Below, piece after piece: positions 9,596 to 19,640 of a DNA stretch of 64,000 nt. Each line of letters opens with the position of its first letter. The first letter of the stretch is position 1. The position numbers were made by a program, and so were the translations under genes. Source of the stretch: an uncultured virus (IMG/VR IMGVR_UViG_3300042992_002627) (lineage: Duplodnaviria > Heunggongvirae > Uroviricota > Caudoviricetes); IMG/VR virus record IMGVR_UViG_3300042992_002627, one strand, 5' to 3'. The notes under the pieces were generated by a model. That model was not told the origin of the DNA. It was given only the letters and a program-made list of their open reading frames with translations, and did no database searches.

Positions 9596-10178
9596 ATTTT
9601 TCAATCCAAAAAATATTGTTCAGGAACTGAAGGAAGAGCCTATCTCGTCGCAATGGAAGTCAAACTACGTTGCCAAGCATTTTCAAAAAGTGACCAACCT
9701 CGAAAATGATTTGATGAGAGTGCCTACTCTTGATGAGTTTCTCTTCCTTCAGTCGGACAATGCCTTTAATGCTTTTACGTTCATTCCGTTTGTTGCCAAG
9801 CATTATCCTATCAAGGAATTGTATGCGTCAACCTATTCCATCAGCAATAAAGTGATTCAGGCTTTAGTGGAGCTTCATGATAAAGGAATGGTGGAAAAAA
9901 TCACACTATTGATTTCGGATAGTATGATCAAACGCAATCCGCTCACGATTGAAAATTTAAAAGGAATGTGCAGTACTCGTCCGAACATTCAAGTTTTTTA
10001 TGCTTGGACACACGCAAAGGTTTGTTTGTTGCAAACACACGATTTTCATTTCGTGATTGAAGGTTCCGGGAACTGGAGTGAGAATGCTCATTTTGAGCAA
10101 TATTTATTTGCTAACTGCAAAGGTTTATTTGATTTCAGATTGCAATTGTTTGAGAATAATCACTTAAAAAGGTATTGA
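9582..10178 (+). CDS. Phospholipase D-fold (HxK...GSxN) protein
   Basis: HAKVCLLQ...IEGSGNWS motif. Confidence 0.65.
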   Translation: MSVNKFFNPKNIVQELKEEPISSQWKSNYVAKHFQKVTNLENDLMRVPTLDEFLFLQSDNAFNAFTFIPFVAKHYPIKELYASTYSISNKVIQALVELHDKGMVEKITLLISDSMIKRNPLTIENLKGMCSTRPNIQVFYAWTHAKVCLLQTHDFHFVIEGSGNWSENAHFEQYLFANCKGLFDFRLQLFENNHLKRY

Positions 10179-10369
10179 TGAAAAAATCCACTTTTTTTTT
10201 ACTGCTAGGGGTTTTGAATTTTGCTCAGTTTATTTTCATGGGGATTCAAACGGATTTTGTTAAGATTGAATCCATTGAAATGTATGTTGGTTGGGCTTTT
10301 CTATGTCTATTGTTAGGAATAATTTGTTTAATCATTTGGAAGTATGAATCTAATCGAACTAAAATTTAG
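10175..10369 (+). CDS. Small membrane protein
   Basis: Two hydrophobic segments. Confidence 0.4.
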   Translation: MMKKSTFFLLLGVLNFAQFIFMGIQTDFVKIESIEMYVGWAFLCLLLGIICLIIWKYESNRTKI

Positions 10370-10673
10370 CGACGAAGAAATCACGCAAGTGATGGATTTA
10401 GCCGCATGCAACTATTCTCCGGAAAAAGTGGCGTTGCAGTTAGATATGGATAAAAAAGCATTCTTGGCAATTTGGAACAACACATCATCAGATGTAAGGT
10501 TAGCCTATGAAGCCGGAAAACTAAAAGCCACTTTTAACATCATGAACAAGCAACGTGAGTTGGCAGAATCAGGAAATATTACGGCGGCTCAAATTTTTCT
10601 AAAGGAAAGCGATAAAATAGAAAAAGCTTCTATTCGCGATAGAATTTTATACCAAGGAATTGATGCTGATTGA
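10344..10673 (+). CDS. Hypothetical protein (possible small terminase-like DNA-binding protein)
   Basis: HTH-like N-terminus; upstream of terL. Confidence 0.4.
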   Translation: MNLIELKFSDEEITQVMDLAACNYSPEKVALQLDMDKKAFLAIWNNTSSDVRLAYEAGKLKATFNIMNKQRELAESGNITAAQIFLKESDKIEKASIRDRILYQGIDAD

Positions 10674-11292
10674 TAACATAAACATAAATGACATTTACCG
10701 CTTTATTGAAAGTGGAAATCCGAATAATGCACCTCCTGAAATTGTGGCTTATTTAGAATTGCTCACTCGTGTGCATGGCATGAAGCTCCGCATTGATAAA
10801 TTTGGAAATGATGAAGCCATCATCAAACATTTGGTTGCAGTTGATGGGCTTAGTCGTTATAAAGCGAAACTAATCATATCCGAAGTTATCGAATATTTTT
10901 ACCTGGATAAATCTATTACGATTGAAGCGTGGGGAAACTTTTACGCTAACATTGTAGATCAGGAAATGAATTACGTTCGACAAATAAAGGAAACAGCAAA
11001 CGATTCAAAAATAGTAGCTGACTTAGCTATGAAAGCTTTTGAATTGCGAGGCGGCAAAAAAGAAAAAGTAGAGGAACTTCCGGCGGAACTCTTCCAGAAA
11101 CAAGTTGTTGTTTATACCACAGACATTTCTGATATCGGTATGCCAAAAGTTGACCGTAATCGAATTAAAGAGCTTATCGACAATAAATTCGGTACGCTTA
11201 GTGAAAAAGAACGTCAACGACTTTACGAAGAAGCCGATATCATTCCATTTAAAGCATTTCCAAATGAACAGGAGAACCCGCGTAAATCTTGA
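10660..11292 (+). CDS. Hypothetical protein (possible terminase small subunit)
   Basis: Overlaps the terL start. Confidence 0.4.
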   Translation: MMLIDNININDIYRFIESGNPNNAPPEIVAYLELLTRVHGMKLRIDKFGNDEAIIKHLVAVDGLSRYKAKLIISEVIEYFYLDKSITIEAWGNFYANIVDQEMNYVRQIKETANDSKIVADLAMKAFELRGGKKEKVEELPAELFQKQVVVYTTDISDIGMPKVDRNRIKELIDNKFGTLSEKERQRLYEEADIIPFKAFPNEQENPRKS

Positions 11293-12970
11293 TGATTCAA
11301 ATTTGGAAGTGCGATTTGCGAGCAAAGTAAAAATGCTTGTAGATTTGATTGCTCCCAAAGATTTGTATTTAGTTGCCGGCCGTGCCACTGCAAAAACTTC
11401 TGATATTGTGGCGGAACGTTCCAAGGCAATTATTTATGATATGCCCCGGAGTTATCAGTTGTTTGTTTCTGATACCTATCAAAATGCTTTGACTAACGTT
11501 CTTCCGGCACTCATAGAAGGCTGGGAGCGTAAAGGATGGCGGGACGGAATCCACTTTGTGACAGATGAACGACCAAAGTATGGAAAAAACTTTTTAATGC
11601 CTTACAAGCCTCCTTTGAAGTTCAAGCATACTGTTTCAATTTTTAATGGAACGTTTTTCAATTTAGGGAGTTTAGACCAGGCTTCCGGATTAGCCGGTTC
11701 ATCGTACCAACATCGGTATGGTGATGAAGCTCGATTGCTGAAGAAGAAAAAACTGGACCGTTCCTCTCCGGCTTTGCGTGGTGAATTTGCTTCTTTTGGA
11801 CATTCTCCTTACTACATGGGAAATACGTTTACGACTGACATGCCTAATTTGCTGTTGGGTGATGATGATTGGATTTTGAACATGGAAAAGGAAATGGACC
11901 AGGAGCAAATTGAATTGATTTTGTATGCAGCCTATGTTTTGAATGATATCAAGCGGGAAATGATAGCCAATGAACAAATAGGGGTTATTTCTGAACGTGC
12001 CCGATTAGAAAAAGCGTATCGCATTTGGAATGAAGTTTGGATTCGTGCCCGAAAAGATTCAACTTTCTTTTATGCGGTTTCTTCGCTTGTGAATGTGGAT
12101 ATTTTAACGGATGGCTATTTTAAAGCAGTTTTAAAGTCTTTGGGGAACGAAGAATTTAAGTCTGCGATTTTGTCTTTTAAAGTACAGGTTTCTCAAGGAG
12201 AGAAATTTTACTTTGCTTTAGGCGACCATCATTTTTATGACGACGGAGTAAACAATGAATGGTATGATCGATTTAAAATAAAGGATGAAATTTACGGAAG
12301 CAGCGAAGCTCTGCGATATGTTGACACAAATTTAAAGCTTGAGGGCGGAGCGGATTTTGGAGATATGTGTTCGTTAATTTTAGGGCAGTCAAGGGGGAAT
12401 TATATGTATATTCAAAAAGAATTTTACTCGTTGGCTCCTGATAATGAAGTGCAATTAGGAAAGCAATTTGTAGATTTTTTCAGAAACCATAAATACAAAG
12501 TGTTGGATTTGTATTATGATCGTTCGGGAAATCAGAATAAGCAAACCAAACGAGATTGGGCGAGTGCCATTAAAAAAGCGATTGAATATGTGGATGGTTC
12601 TAGCACCGGTTGGGTTGTGAATTTGATGTCGGAATCTCAGGGTACAATTTATCAGGAGCAAGAATATCAATTTGCCGGAAAATTATTGTCGGGAAGTCAT
12701 CCGGAACTTCCAAAAGTTTTAATAGATCGATTTCAATGCAAATGTTTAAAATCGTCTTTAGAACTTACTAAGACAATCATCAAAACTGATAAATTTGGTT
12801 CGAGAACAATTCATAAAAACAAATCGTCGGAAAGTTTACCCTTAAAATCAAGACCAATGTTTTCTACTAACTTTAGTGATGCGTTTAAATATTTTATTTA
12901 TCGAAGATATCTTGTAGAAAAAGTGAATGCCAATGGCAGCTATATTGGCATGGAACCTGGTGTGGTGTAA
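11264..12970 (+). CDS. terL: Terminase large subunit (phage A)
   Basis: Walker A-like AGRATAKT, Walker B GDEAR, C-terminal GADFG / SDAFKY nuclease motifs; likely ATG at 11264. Confidence 0.75.
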   Translation: MNRRTRVNLDDSNLEVRFASKVKMLVDLIAPKDLYLVAGRATAKTSDIVAERSKAIIYDMPRSYQLFVSDTYQNALTNVLPALIEGWERKGWRDGIHFVTDERPKYGKNFLMPYKPPLKFKHTVSIFNGTFFNLGSLDQASGLAGSSYQHRYGDEARLLKKKKLDRSSPALRGEFASFGHSPYYMGNTFTTDMPNLLLGDDDWILNMEKEMDQEQIELILYAAYVLNDIKREMIANEQIGVISERARLEKAYRIWNEVWIRARKDSTFFYAVSSLVNVDILTDGYFKAVLKSLGNEEFKSAILSFKVQVSQGEKFYFALGDHHFYDDGVNNEWYDRFKIKDEIYGSSEALRYVDTNLKLEGGADFGDMCSLILGQSRGNYMYIQKEFYSLAPDNEVQLGKQFVDFFRNHKYKVLDLYYDRSGNQNKQTKRDWASAIKKAIEYVDGSSTGWVVNLMSESQGTIYQEQEYQFAGKLLSGSHPELPKVLIDRFQCKCLKSSLELTKTIIKTDKFGSRTIHKNKSSESLPLKSRPMFSTNFSDAFKYFIYRRYLVEKVNANGSYIGMEPGVV

Positions 12971-13016
12971 GCCCACAACAAACACGCCCGCTAGGGCGAA
13001 AAAAAAATGAAAAAAG

Positions 13017-13042
13017 AAACCCCTCCAAAAGAGGGGTTTTTG
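13017..13042. terminator. Bidirectional terminator
   Basis: AAACCCCTC-caaaa-GAGGGGTTT between convergent genes. Confidence 0.7.
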
Positions 13043-13903
13043 TTAGTTTGCATATTCTAAAACCGAATTAAATAAAACCTTGTCGAGTTTTTCTTGTTGG
13101 TCAAATGTTTTCTTTAATTTGGTGTGCAAAAGTTCGTTAAAGGCATTGTATACGTGCCATAAATTTGCATCCTCTTTAAAAGTTCGTTGTTCCTTTTCAA
13201 TAATTTCAATTACGGTTCTTGCGTTCAAACTTGGTAAGGGATTCTTTTCTGAACACTCGTATTTAAAAAGCTTTGTTTCTTCGGCTAATCGTTGAACGAT
13301 TTCTTTCGGGTCAATTATTTTAAAGTCGGCTAAAACTTCAAACTTTTTCCGAATTTCAAAAAATTCATTTTCCATAAATTGGCAAATCGTGTTATAAATA
13401 GCAGGTAAAACCATCTCTTTTATATTTCCTTTGTGGCGTAATGAAAAACCAATATCGGTTTTGGCGGTGTGTAATCCGTTACTGCAAACCTCACGAAAGA
13501 AACCAAATTTACCTGATGTCTTGCAACTTCCATCATATGAATTTGTAAAGCGTAACATCGGGCGAATTTTGTCGGCTCCGTTCTTCACGTTTACACAGTA
13601 TCTATCATCGCTTAAAATGTAGTCAACTGCAAAGCTTCTGTTTTCTCTGTTAATACTACGTGTAATATACTGAATGTCGGATAAAGTTAACATTTCTTCT
13701 ACCTTATAAAAAAAGTCTTCGTTCGGTAGGTGTCCGTATGAATTTGAAACAAAATTTACTATTCTGTTTTCTGATAATATTACCTTATCCAAACCTTTAC
13801 GGCTTGGATAATCTGTAATATTACTTATAGGTAAAATGGCGTTTTTTACAAAAATGTTGTCATTTTGTAAAGGTTTGTTTAAAAAAAGACTGTTTGTGTT
13901 CAT
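13043..13903 (-). CDS. DUF932 family protein
   Basis: NSYDGS...FREVCSNGL...HKG motifs. Confidence 0.75.
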   Translation of the reverse strand: MNTNSLFLNKPLQNDNIFVKNAILPISNITDYPSRKGLDKVILSENRIVNFVSNSYGHLPNEDFFYKVEEMLTLSDIQYITRSINRENRSFAVDYILSDDRYCVNVKNGADKIRPMLRFTNSYDGSCKTSGKFGFFREVCSNGLHTAKTDIGFSLRHKGNIKEMVLPAIYNTICQFMENEFFEIRKKFEVLADFKIIDPKEIVQRLAEETKLFKYECSEKNPLPSLNARTVIEIIEKEQRTFKEDANLWHVYNAFNELLHTKLKKTFDQQEKLDKVLFNSVLEYAN

Positions 13904-13906
13904 GGC

Positions 13907-14095
13907 TTATAATTTTTGAATGATTAATAAATTGTTTGATACTGATACCGTTACGGCATCCCCTATATTAAAACCTGCTTCTTTCACCCAATCCCCTGAA
14001 ATGGTTAATTTTGGTCTAAAAATTGGTTTTTCAAATTGTGGCTTAAAATAGCTAGACGAAACCGTTAATTTTCGTATTTTAGAATGTGTACTCAT
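13907..14095 (-). CDS. symE: SymE-family toxin-like protein
   Basis: PKLTISGDWVKEAGFNIGDAVTV matches the SymE/AbrB-fold signature; likely ATG at 14095. Confidence 0.7.
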   Translation of the reverse strand: MSTHSKIRKLTVSSSYFKPQFEKPIFRPKLTISGDWVKEAGFNIGDAVTVSVSNNLLIIQKL

Positions 14096-14300
14096 GAAAA
14101 TCGGAATCTGCGTTAGTGTCTTGAATGAATAGTTCTGCAATCGCTACGGCTTTATTAAAAGCGTCTTTTGCTTGGCTTCTAAAGTGTGCGTAATCATCCC
14201 AATTAAAAAGAAATGAATATCCCCTTGCCATTAGTTCCTGGCGTACTTGGTAGGATAATAAATTAGTGTTACTTTTACGGCTGTTACTCGTTGTGTTCAT
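14079..14300 (-). CDS. Hypothetical protein
   Basis: ATG at 14300; in an operon with symE-like and DUF932 genes. Confidence 0.55.
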   Translation of the reverse strand: MNTTSNSRKSNTNLLSYQVRQELMARGYSFLFNWDDYAHFRSQAKDAFNKAVAIAELFIQDTNADSDFHEYTF

Positions 14301-14363
14301 GGCGTGTAATAAATTTAAGTGAATAAAAACCCCCAATTTTCGACCGTTGGGGGTTTTCTTTGT

Positions 14364-14774
14364 TTAGATAATAAAGGTTAAAATTTCGTTCTCGGCTTCA
14401 TTCAATAAAATTGAAAGTTCATCTTTAGCCGTTTGGGTCAATCGGTCAATAACATTTGAGTTTTGAACCTCAAATTTAAATCCCTGTGCATTTTGAAAGG
14501 TTATTTTTGCACTCGTTTTGTCGTTACCCGCATGAAAGGTTTTCAATTCTTCGTCTTTTCCTTTTAGGGTTTTGTAACGGTTTGAAAGTGCTTCAAACTG
14601 TTTCATGTTGCTGATTCTGTCCTCTGCCGTTTTGGGTGGCTCGGGTTTGAATTTTTCGACTAACTTGTTAAGGTTGTCTTTTCTTTCTTCTTGCGTGGCG
14701 TTTACTTGATTTGCACCTGATAACATCCCGTTATCTTTCGCCTCTTTTTTAGGTGCGGTTTTCACTGTTTCCAT
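14364..14774 (-). CDS. Hypothetical protein
   Basis: Likely ATG at 14774 (METVK...); the longer ORF extension is low-complexity non-coding sequence. Confidence 0.6.
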   Translation of the reverse strand: METVKTAPKKEAKDNGMLSGANQVNATQEERKDNLNKLVEKFKPEPPKTAEDRISNMKQFEALSNRYKTLKGKDEELKTFHAGNDKTSAKITFQNAQGFKFEVQNSNVIDRLTQTAKDELSILLNEAENEILTFII

Positions 14775-14812
14775 AATGTCAAAAAACTTAATTATTATAT
14801 GTAAATATAGTG

Positions 14813-14834
14813 ATTTCCGTATATATACGGAAAT
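14813..14834. promoter_or_regulatory. Perfect 22-bp palindromic operator ATTTCCGTATATATACGGAAAT
   Basis: Perfect palindrome upstream of the minus-strand operon; near-copy at 19611. Confidence 0.7.
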
Positions 14835-15158
14835 AAAAACAACAAAAAAGTGTGTAAAATAAGGCTTTAAGCAGTAATTTATATTTATTATAAATAGTAT
14901 AAAAACATTACAAAAATCTTTAAAAATCAGTCTTTTAAAAAAATAAAAAAATAAAAAAGCATTGAAAATCAACATTTAAACCCTACTTAAAAAGGGGTTA
15001 AATTGATTTTAATGGCTTGAAATACCGCCCCGCTCACTTTCCTTTATGTCATTACAAAGAGCGCCTAAAAAGCAGATATATGACGCACCGCACACCAATA
15101 GCGGGCTGGTACAGCCCACCGATTTAAAGCATAAACCCACCATTATTACTGTATGTCT

Positions 15159-15196
15159 CATGTTACAAACAATGTAATAGTATCACATTAATATTG
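15159..15196 (+). promoter_or_regulatory. Putative late promoter, portal operon
   Basis: CATGTTACA-N21-TAATATTG. Confidence 0.7.
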
Positions 15197-15213
15197 TAAC
15201 AAATTGTAATTAC

Positions 15214-15498
15214 ATGGACAGTTTAACACCTACTGAGGCGGTCAAGAGAATGAAAGAACTAACTGAACAGGGTGTGTATTTTGAGTTTACATTCTATTCA
15301 TACAGTACAATAACAAAGCGTACTGATGGTATTAAGACAGTTTCAAAGGCTATGCTTCGTAAGAGTTTAAGAAATGACCAAAGCGAGCTGTCGCATCAGT
15401 TGATTAGTTATGTTGATTTAACGTCGCATGTTGATGCTAATAGGTTCTTTCATTTACCATTAATGTTGTCTTTTAATAACTATAAAATAAAACCTTAA
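15214..15498 (+). CDS. Hypothetical phage protein
   Basis: First ORF of the portal operon. Confidence 0.6.
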   Translation: MDSLTPTEAVKRMKELTEQGVYFEFTFYSYSTITKRTDGIKTVSKAMLRKSLRNDQSELSHQLISYVDLTSHVDANRFFHLPLMLSFNNYKIKP

Positions 15499-15500
15499 CC

Positions 15501-16883
15501 ATGCACATAGATTTCATAGGAAAGGATGCGATTGTACAAACTCCTGATGTTGCCTTTACTTATCAGGTAACAGAAAACCCAAGAGACTTTGATTCTCTTC
15601 GAGGTAATACTAATACGTTAGATTGGGACGACGACAATAACTTCGTTGAAGATTATTTGATATTGCCTTATGGTAGTAACAACGACTTACCGGAGATTAT
15701 TAAAAAGGCAGTTAAGAATAATGCTGTTGCTCCTGGTTGGTTGAGTAGAAAGACGGAGTTATTGTGGGGTCTAGGTCCTAGACTCTATAAAGAAGAGCTA
15801 AAAGATAATCGTATTGTAAAGACATGGGTAGAGGATAAGGATGTACAGAAATGGCTCGACTCATTTGACGCTGAACAATACTTACTCGATTCTTCAGAAG
15901 ACTATCAACACATACAGGGCACATTTACCCGTTTTGTTCTTAATCGAGGTTCTCGTCTAGGTAAGCCCTACATAAAAGAGTTATTACATATCCATCCGGA
16001 TAAAGCTAGGTTAGCTAAAAGAAAAAAAGAAGAGCGTTCAAAAAAACCTACTCATTGTGTTTATGGTGACTGGAATAACATGTCGCATCCATCATTTTTA
16101 TCAGAATATAAAGTCTACCCATTATTTGATTTTAAAGAGCCATTTGCTAAACCAAATGCAATTATGTATTCAAATAAGTATTCATTCTGTACAGATTACT
16201 ATACCATCCCGGACATATACGGTTCACTAGAATGGCTTAATAGAAGTACTGCCGTTCCTTTAATCTTCAAAGCATTGAGTAAAAACGCTATCAATTTGAA
16301 GTACCACATACTTTCGCCTTCTAAGTTTTGGGAAAAGAAGCGACAAGAAATGGAAGATAAGGCACGTAAAAAAGAAGTTCAATTCGAAGAAAGCATGTTC
16401 TTAGCCTATCAAACTGAATTTCTTAAAAAAATTGGAGAAGTATTAAGCGGAGAACAAAACACCGGAAAATACCTTCACACCGTTAAGGAGCTGGTAGTAG
16501 AAGGAGTAAATCTTTTAGAGCATTCTTGGGAAGTAAAAGTACTTGACCAAAACATTAAAGATTTTGTCGAAGCTCAAATACAAATTTCCCAACGAGCAGA
16601 CAGAGCTGTGGCATCCGGTATTTCTTTACACTCGGCTCTTGGAAACATGAGCGAAAACGGAAAAGTAGATTCAGGTTCTGAACAGCATTACGCTCTGATC
16701 AGTTACCTAAACACCGGTATTGATATTCAGGAAATGATTATCACCAAACCGATAAACTATGCGTTAAAAGCTAATTTCCCTGATAAAAACCTGAAAATTG
16801 GTTTCTATCACAACGTTCCTGAAAAACAACAGGACGTATCACCAAAAGACCGTTCTATTAATACTTCACCTATAAAAGAATAA
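15501..16883 (+). CDS. Portal protein
   Basis: 460 aa; PYGSNNDLP, YYTIPD and SGSE motifs resemble PBSX/P2-like Bacteroidota portals. Confidence 0.65.
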   Translation: MHIDFIGKDAIVQTPDVAFTYQVTENPRDFDSLRGNTNTLDWDDDNNFVEDYLILPYGSNNDLPEIIKKAVKNNAVAPGWLSRKTELLWGLGPRLYKEELKDNRIVKTWVEDKDVQKWLDSFDAEQYLLDSSEDYQHIQGTFTRFVLNRGSRLGKPYIKELLHIHPDKARLAKRKKEERSKKPTHCVYGDWNNMSHPSFLSEYKVYPLFDFKEPFAKPNAIMYSNKYSFCTDYYTIPDIYGSLEWLNRSTAVPLIFKALSKNAINLKYHILSPSKFWEKKRQEMEDKARKKEVQFEESMFLAYQTEFLKKIGEVLSGEQNTGKYLHTVKELVVEGVNLLEHSWEVKVLDQNIKDFVEAQIQISQRADRAVASGISLHSALGNMSENGKVDSGSEQHYALISYLNTGIDIQEMIITKPINYALKANFPDKNLKIGFYHNVPEKQQDVSPKDRSINTSPIKE

Positions 16884-16885
16884 CG

Positions 16886-17860
16886 ATGAAAGTACTTTTT
16901 AAAGATGAAACATTTGCCGATGAGTTCAAAGAATTCTTAGGCTTTGTAGATGCCGATTTTACATTGAATAATTTAAAATCAGACATTCTTTCCGCTTCAC
17001 GCGAACTCGTATCGTTTATTGGTAAAGAGCTTTATGAAAAAGCAGAAGAATTATTCGATGCTAATACAATTGATGAAGAAGATCCTGAATTCGAATTTCT
17101 TCAATTAGTAAAATATTGCACTGCTGTAAATGGATATCGCCTTTATGCTCCTGACAACGATTTGTCGCACACCAACGATGGTCGTAAAATGCGTAACGAA
17201 GAGCATGAGAAAAACGCCTTCGAATGGATGATTGATGCTTCCGATAGTTCATTGGAAAAAAGATATTACAGAGTACTGGAACACCTTATCAATTACCTTG
17301 ATGAGTTAGAAGATTCAGAAGAAGCAAAATTACTAGCCATTCATGCTATTTGGATTGAAACTGATGCATTCAAAAAACTTAAAAAACATTTCATCCAAAA
17401 AGTAGCTGATTTTGATGAGTTCTTCCCAATCAACTCCAAATTACTTTTAATCAAGTTAGAACCCGGACTATCACTAGCCGAAAAGAATCTGATTTTACCA
17501 AGAGTTGGAAAAACAAAGTATGAACAACTCTTGGCAGAACCAACCGAAGATGATGCTTCCATCATTCACGCAATTAAGGAAGTTTGTGCTTATTATTCGC
17601 TTTCGTGGGCTATTCCTCGAATGAGCGTCAATATTCTTCCAACCGGAATACTGCAAAAATACTCATCCGATAGAGCGAGTTCTAAAGCTTCGATGGTTCC
17701 TGCACTAAACGAATCACAATGGACGGCCGAATCATTCTTGAATGATGCTCACAGAGCAGCTATTGATTTGGAAAACTTACTCAAACCGGCTCCGGATCCA
17801 ACCGACAAAAACATTAACCCAACGATAACTTATAACGACCAATCTTTCAACTGTATTTAA
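16886..17860 (+). CDS. Head-completion/adaptor protein (DUF6712-like)
   Basis: Follows the portal gene; size and motifs resemble DUF6712 proteins. Confidence 0.5.
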   Translation: MKVLFKDETFADEFKEFLGFVDADFTLNNLKSDILSASRELVSFIGKELYEKAEELFDANTIDEEDPEFEFLQLVKYCTAVNGYRLYAPDNDLSHTNDGRKMRNEEHEKNAFEWMIDASDSSLEKRYYRVLEHLINYLDELEDSEEAKLLAIHAIWIETDAFKKLKKHFIQKVADFDEFFPINSKLLLIKLEPGLSLAEKNLILPRVGKTKYEQLLAEPTEDDASIIHAIKEVCAYYSLSWAIPRMSVNILPTGILQKYSSDRASSKASMVPALNESQWTAESFLNDAHRAAIDLENLLKPAPDPTDKNINPTITYNDQSFNCI

Positions 17861-17861
17861 T

Positions 17862-18245
17862 ATGAAAACAATTCAATTATCATTAGCTTTTTTTTACTTT
17901 TTATTTATTCAAAGCATTAAGGATGGTTTCAAAAAAACACGTTTGTTTATTTCATACAAACTAAAATCAGCATTTTACTCAGTAATTAACTTCCGCAAAT
18001 CACTCAAATTCAAAAAGTATGAACGTGTGTTGGAAGAAGCTTTATACAAAGAAGAACTTTCTCAAGCCGATTTGATGATAACTATCAAAAATCGAATTAA
18101 AAACTTCTACCCAAAAGGGGTTTCAGATTACATTCCTTTATCTTGGAAGCAAAAAAGAGAGATTAAAGCAGCTATCGAATTCGAGTATGGAGACCAGATG
18201 GCAAAGTATAAAGTAAAACTCAACAAAAACCTAAAATTCGTTTAA
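17862..18245 (+). CDS. Hypothetical protein
   Basis: ORF tightly coupled to its neighbours. Confidence 0.55.
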   Translation: MKTIQLSLAFFYFLFIQSIKDGFKKTRLFISYKLKSAFYSVINFRKSLKFKKYERVLEEALYKEELSQADLMITIKNRIKNFYPKGVSDYIPLSWKQKREIKAAIEFEYGDQMAKYKVKLNKNLKFV

Positions 18246-19180
18246 TGCACACCGTCAGTATTCCAGAGCTCAACATTGAAAATTTTATTCCGGCTGATTT
18301 ATCGGAATGCGACAGTCAGCAATATATGGATATGTCGGGTTTAATTTTTCTCCACCAAACCGCTCAATTATCTTATGAAGAGTTCAGAATTCATGCCATT
18401 TACAAATTAATGAACATGAAAGCTGCGGAATCAAAACGCAACCTTAATTCCAACAAAAAGCTAACTGAAGAAGAAGAAAACAAATATGCAAATGCCTATC
18501 GGATATCGGAATTAATCGACACCTTTTTTGATGAGAACGAAGAACATCAAAAAATCATCAAACAGAATTTTATTCATAACCCAATTCCAAGTTTTAAGCC
18601 GCTTTTAACTACTTATTACGGACCACAAGATTTATTGAGTAATATGAAGTTTGGCGAATACACCGATGCTTTGCGTCTGTTCAATCAAATCAATGCAACC
18701 GGTCAAATGGAATTGCTATTTCCATTTGTGGCAATCCTTTACAGAAAAAAGAAATCATTCATATTCTTCCGAAAATGGTTAAATAAATACAACGGGGATT
18801 CACGTTTATCATACAACCAGGCTTCTGTTGACGCAAGAGCTAAAGTATTCGAAAACGTGCCTATTGGGTTCATCTATGGCGTGTATCTCCTTTTCGGAAG
18901 TTTTCAAAAATTCCTCGCTACTGCAGAAATACAATGGGGCAGTAGTTCCTTAAATTTTGCTATCATTTTCAATGCGGAGGGAAGCGACGATCCTGAAACC
19001 ATACCCGGCTTAGGAATGGATTCTGTCATGTTTGCCATTTCTGAATCAAACGTGTTCGGGAATAAAAAACAACTCAACGACACACCGCTTATCGAGGTGT
19101 TGATTCGTATGTACGACATCAGAAAAAGAGATTTAGAACTTAAAAAACAACAAGAAGATGCTAACCGTAAATCAACTTAA
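18245..19180 (+). CDS. Hypothetical morphogenesis protein
   Basis: 311-aa ORF in the late operon. Confidence 0.55.
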   Translation: MHTVSIPELNIENFIPADLSECDSQQYMDMSGLIFLHQTAQLSYEEFRIHAIYKLMNMKAAESKRNLNSNKKLTEEEENKYANAYRISELIDTFFDENEEHQKIIKQNFIHNPIPSFKPLLTTYYGPQDLLSNMKFGEYTDALRLFNQINATGQMELLFPFVAILYRKKKSFIFFRKWLNKYNGDSRLSYNQASVDARAKVFENVPIGFIYGVYLLFGSFQKFLATAEIQWGSSSLNFAIIFNAEGSDDPETIPGLGMDSVMFAISESNVFGNKKQLNDTPLIEVLIRMYDIRKRDLELKKQQEDANRKST

Positions 19181-19607
19181 AAGTTTACTTCAGGAATCAC
19201 AAACGGAAATCCCCGGACTTAACAAAAACATGCTTTTGTTAGACGATTCCGAACTAACCAATTTTCTAAAGGATTTAAAAACTACCGAAAACTGTGTTTT
19301 AATAGGTATCATGCCTCAGTTTCTTCCAAAAGGAACGGAAGACAGTATTCGATTTATCTCACAGCTCCAGTTCATGATTCTTAAAAAGTCAGCAGACAAA
19401 GATTTCAAAAATCATGATGAGTATTTAGCAATGTTTCAAGAAACTCAGGATTTAATGATGCTTTTTGTTCAAAAACTATTTGGCGAAAAAATGGAAGATT
19501 TATGTGGCGGAACAGCCGAATATATCGAAGAATCTCTTTCCATTTATCCGGTGTGGCGTAAAGCTCAATGCAACGGTTGGGCTTTAGAAATAGATTTGTT
19601 AAGTTAA
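19158..19607 (+). CDS. Putative tail-completion protein
   Basis: Size and position only. Confidence 0.4.
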   Translation: MLTVNQLKSLLQESQTEIPGLNKNMLLLDDSELTNFLKDLKTTENCVLIGIMPQFLPKGTEDSIRFISQLQFMILKKSADKDFKNHDEYLAMFQETQDLMMLFVQKLFGEKMEDLCGGTAEYIEESLSIYPVWRKAQCNGWALEIDLLS

Positions 19608-19610
19608 ATT

Positions 19611-19631
19611 ATTTCCGTATATTTACGGAAA
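19611..19631. promoter_or_regulatory. Palindromic operator ATTTCCGTATATTTACGGAAA
   Basis: Near-identical to 14813-14834; 9 nt before an HTH gene. Confidence 0.7.
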
Positions 19632-19640
19632 CTTTATAAC

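Noticed and set aside
14775..14975. N-terminal extension of ORF 14364..14975
   Set aside because: Low-complexity F/I/L-rich translation of an AT-rich promoter region that contains the operator; the ATG at 14774 is more plausible.
15020..15120. GC-rich patch (CCGCCCCGCTC...GCGGGCTGG) as the phage A packaging site
   Set aside because: Position between terL and portal is suggestive, but nothing in the sequence confirms it; read-terminus analysis is needed.
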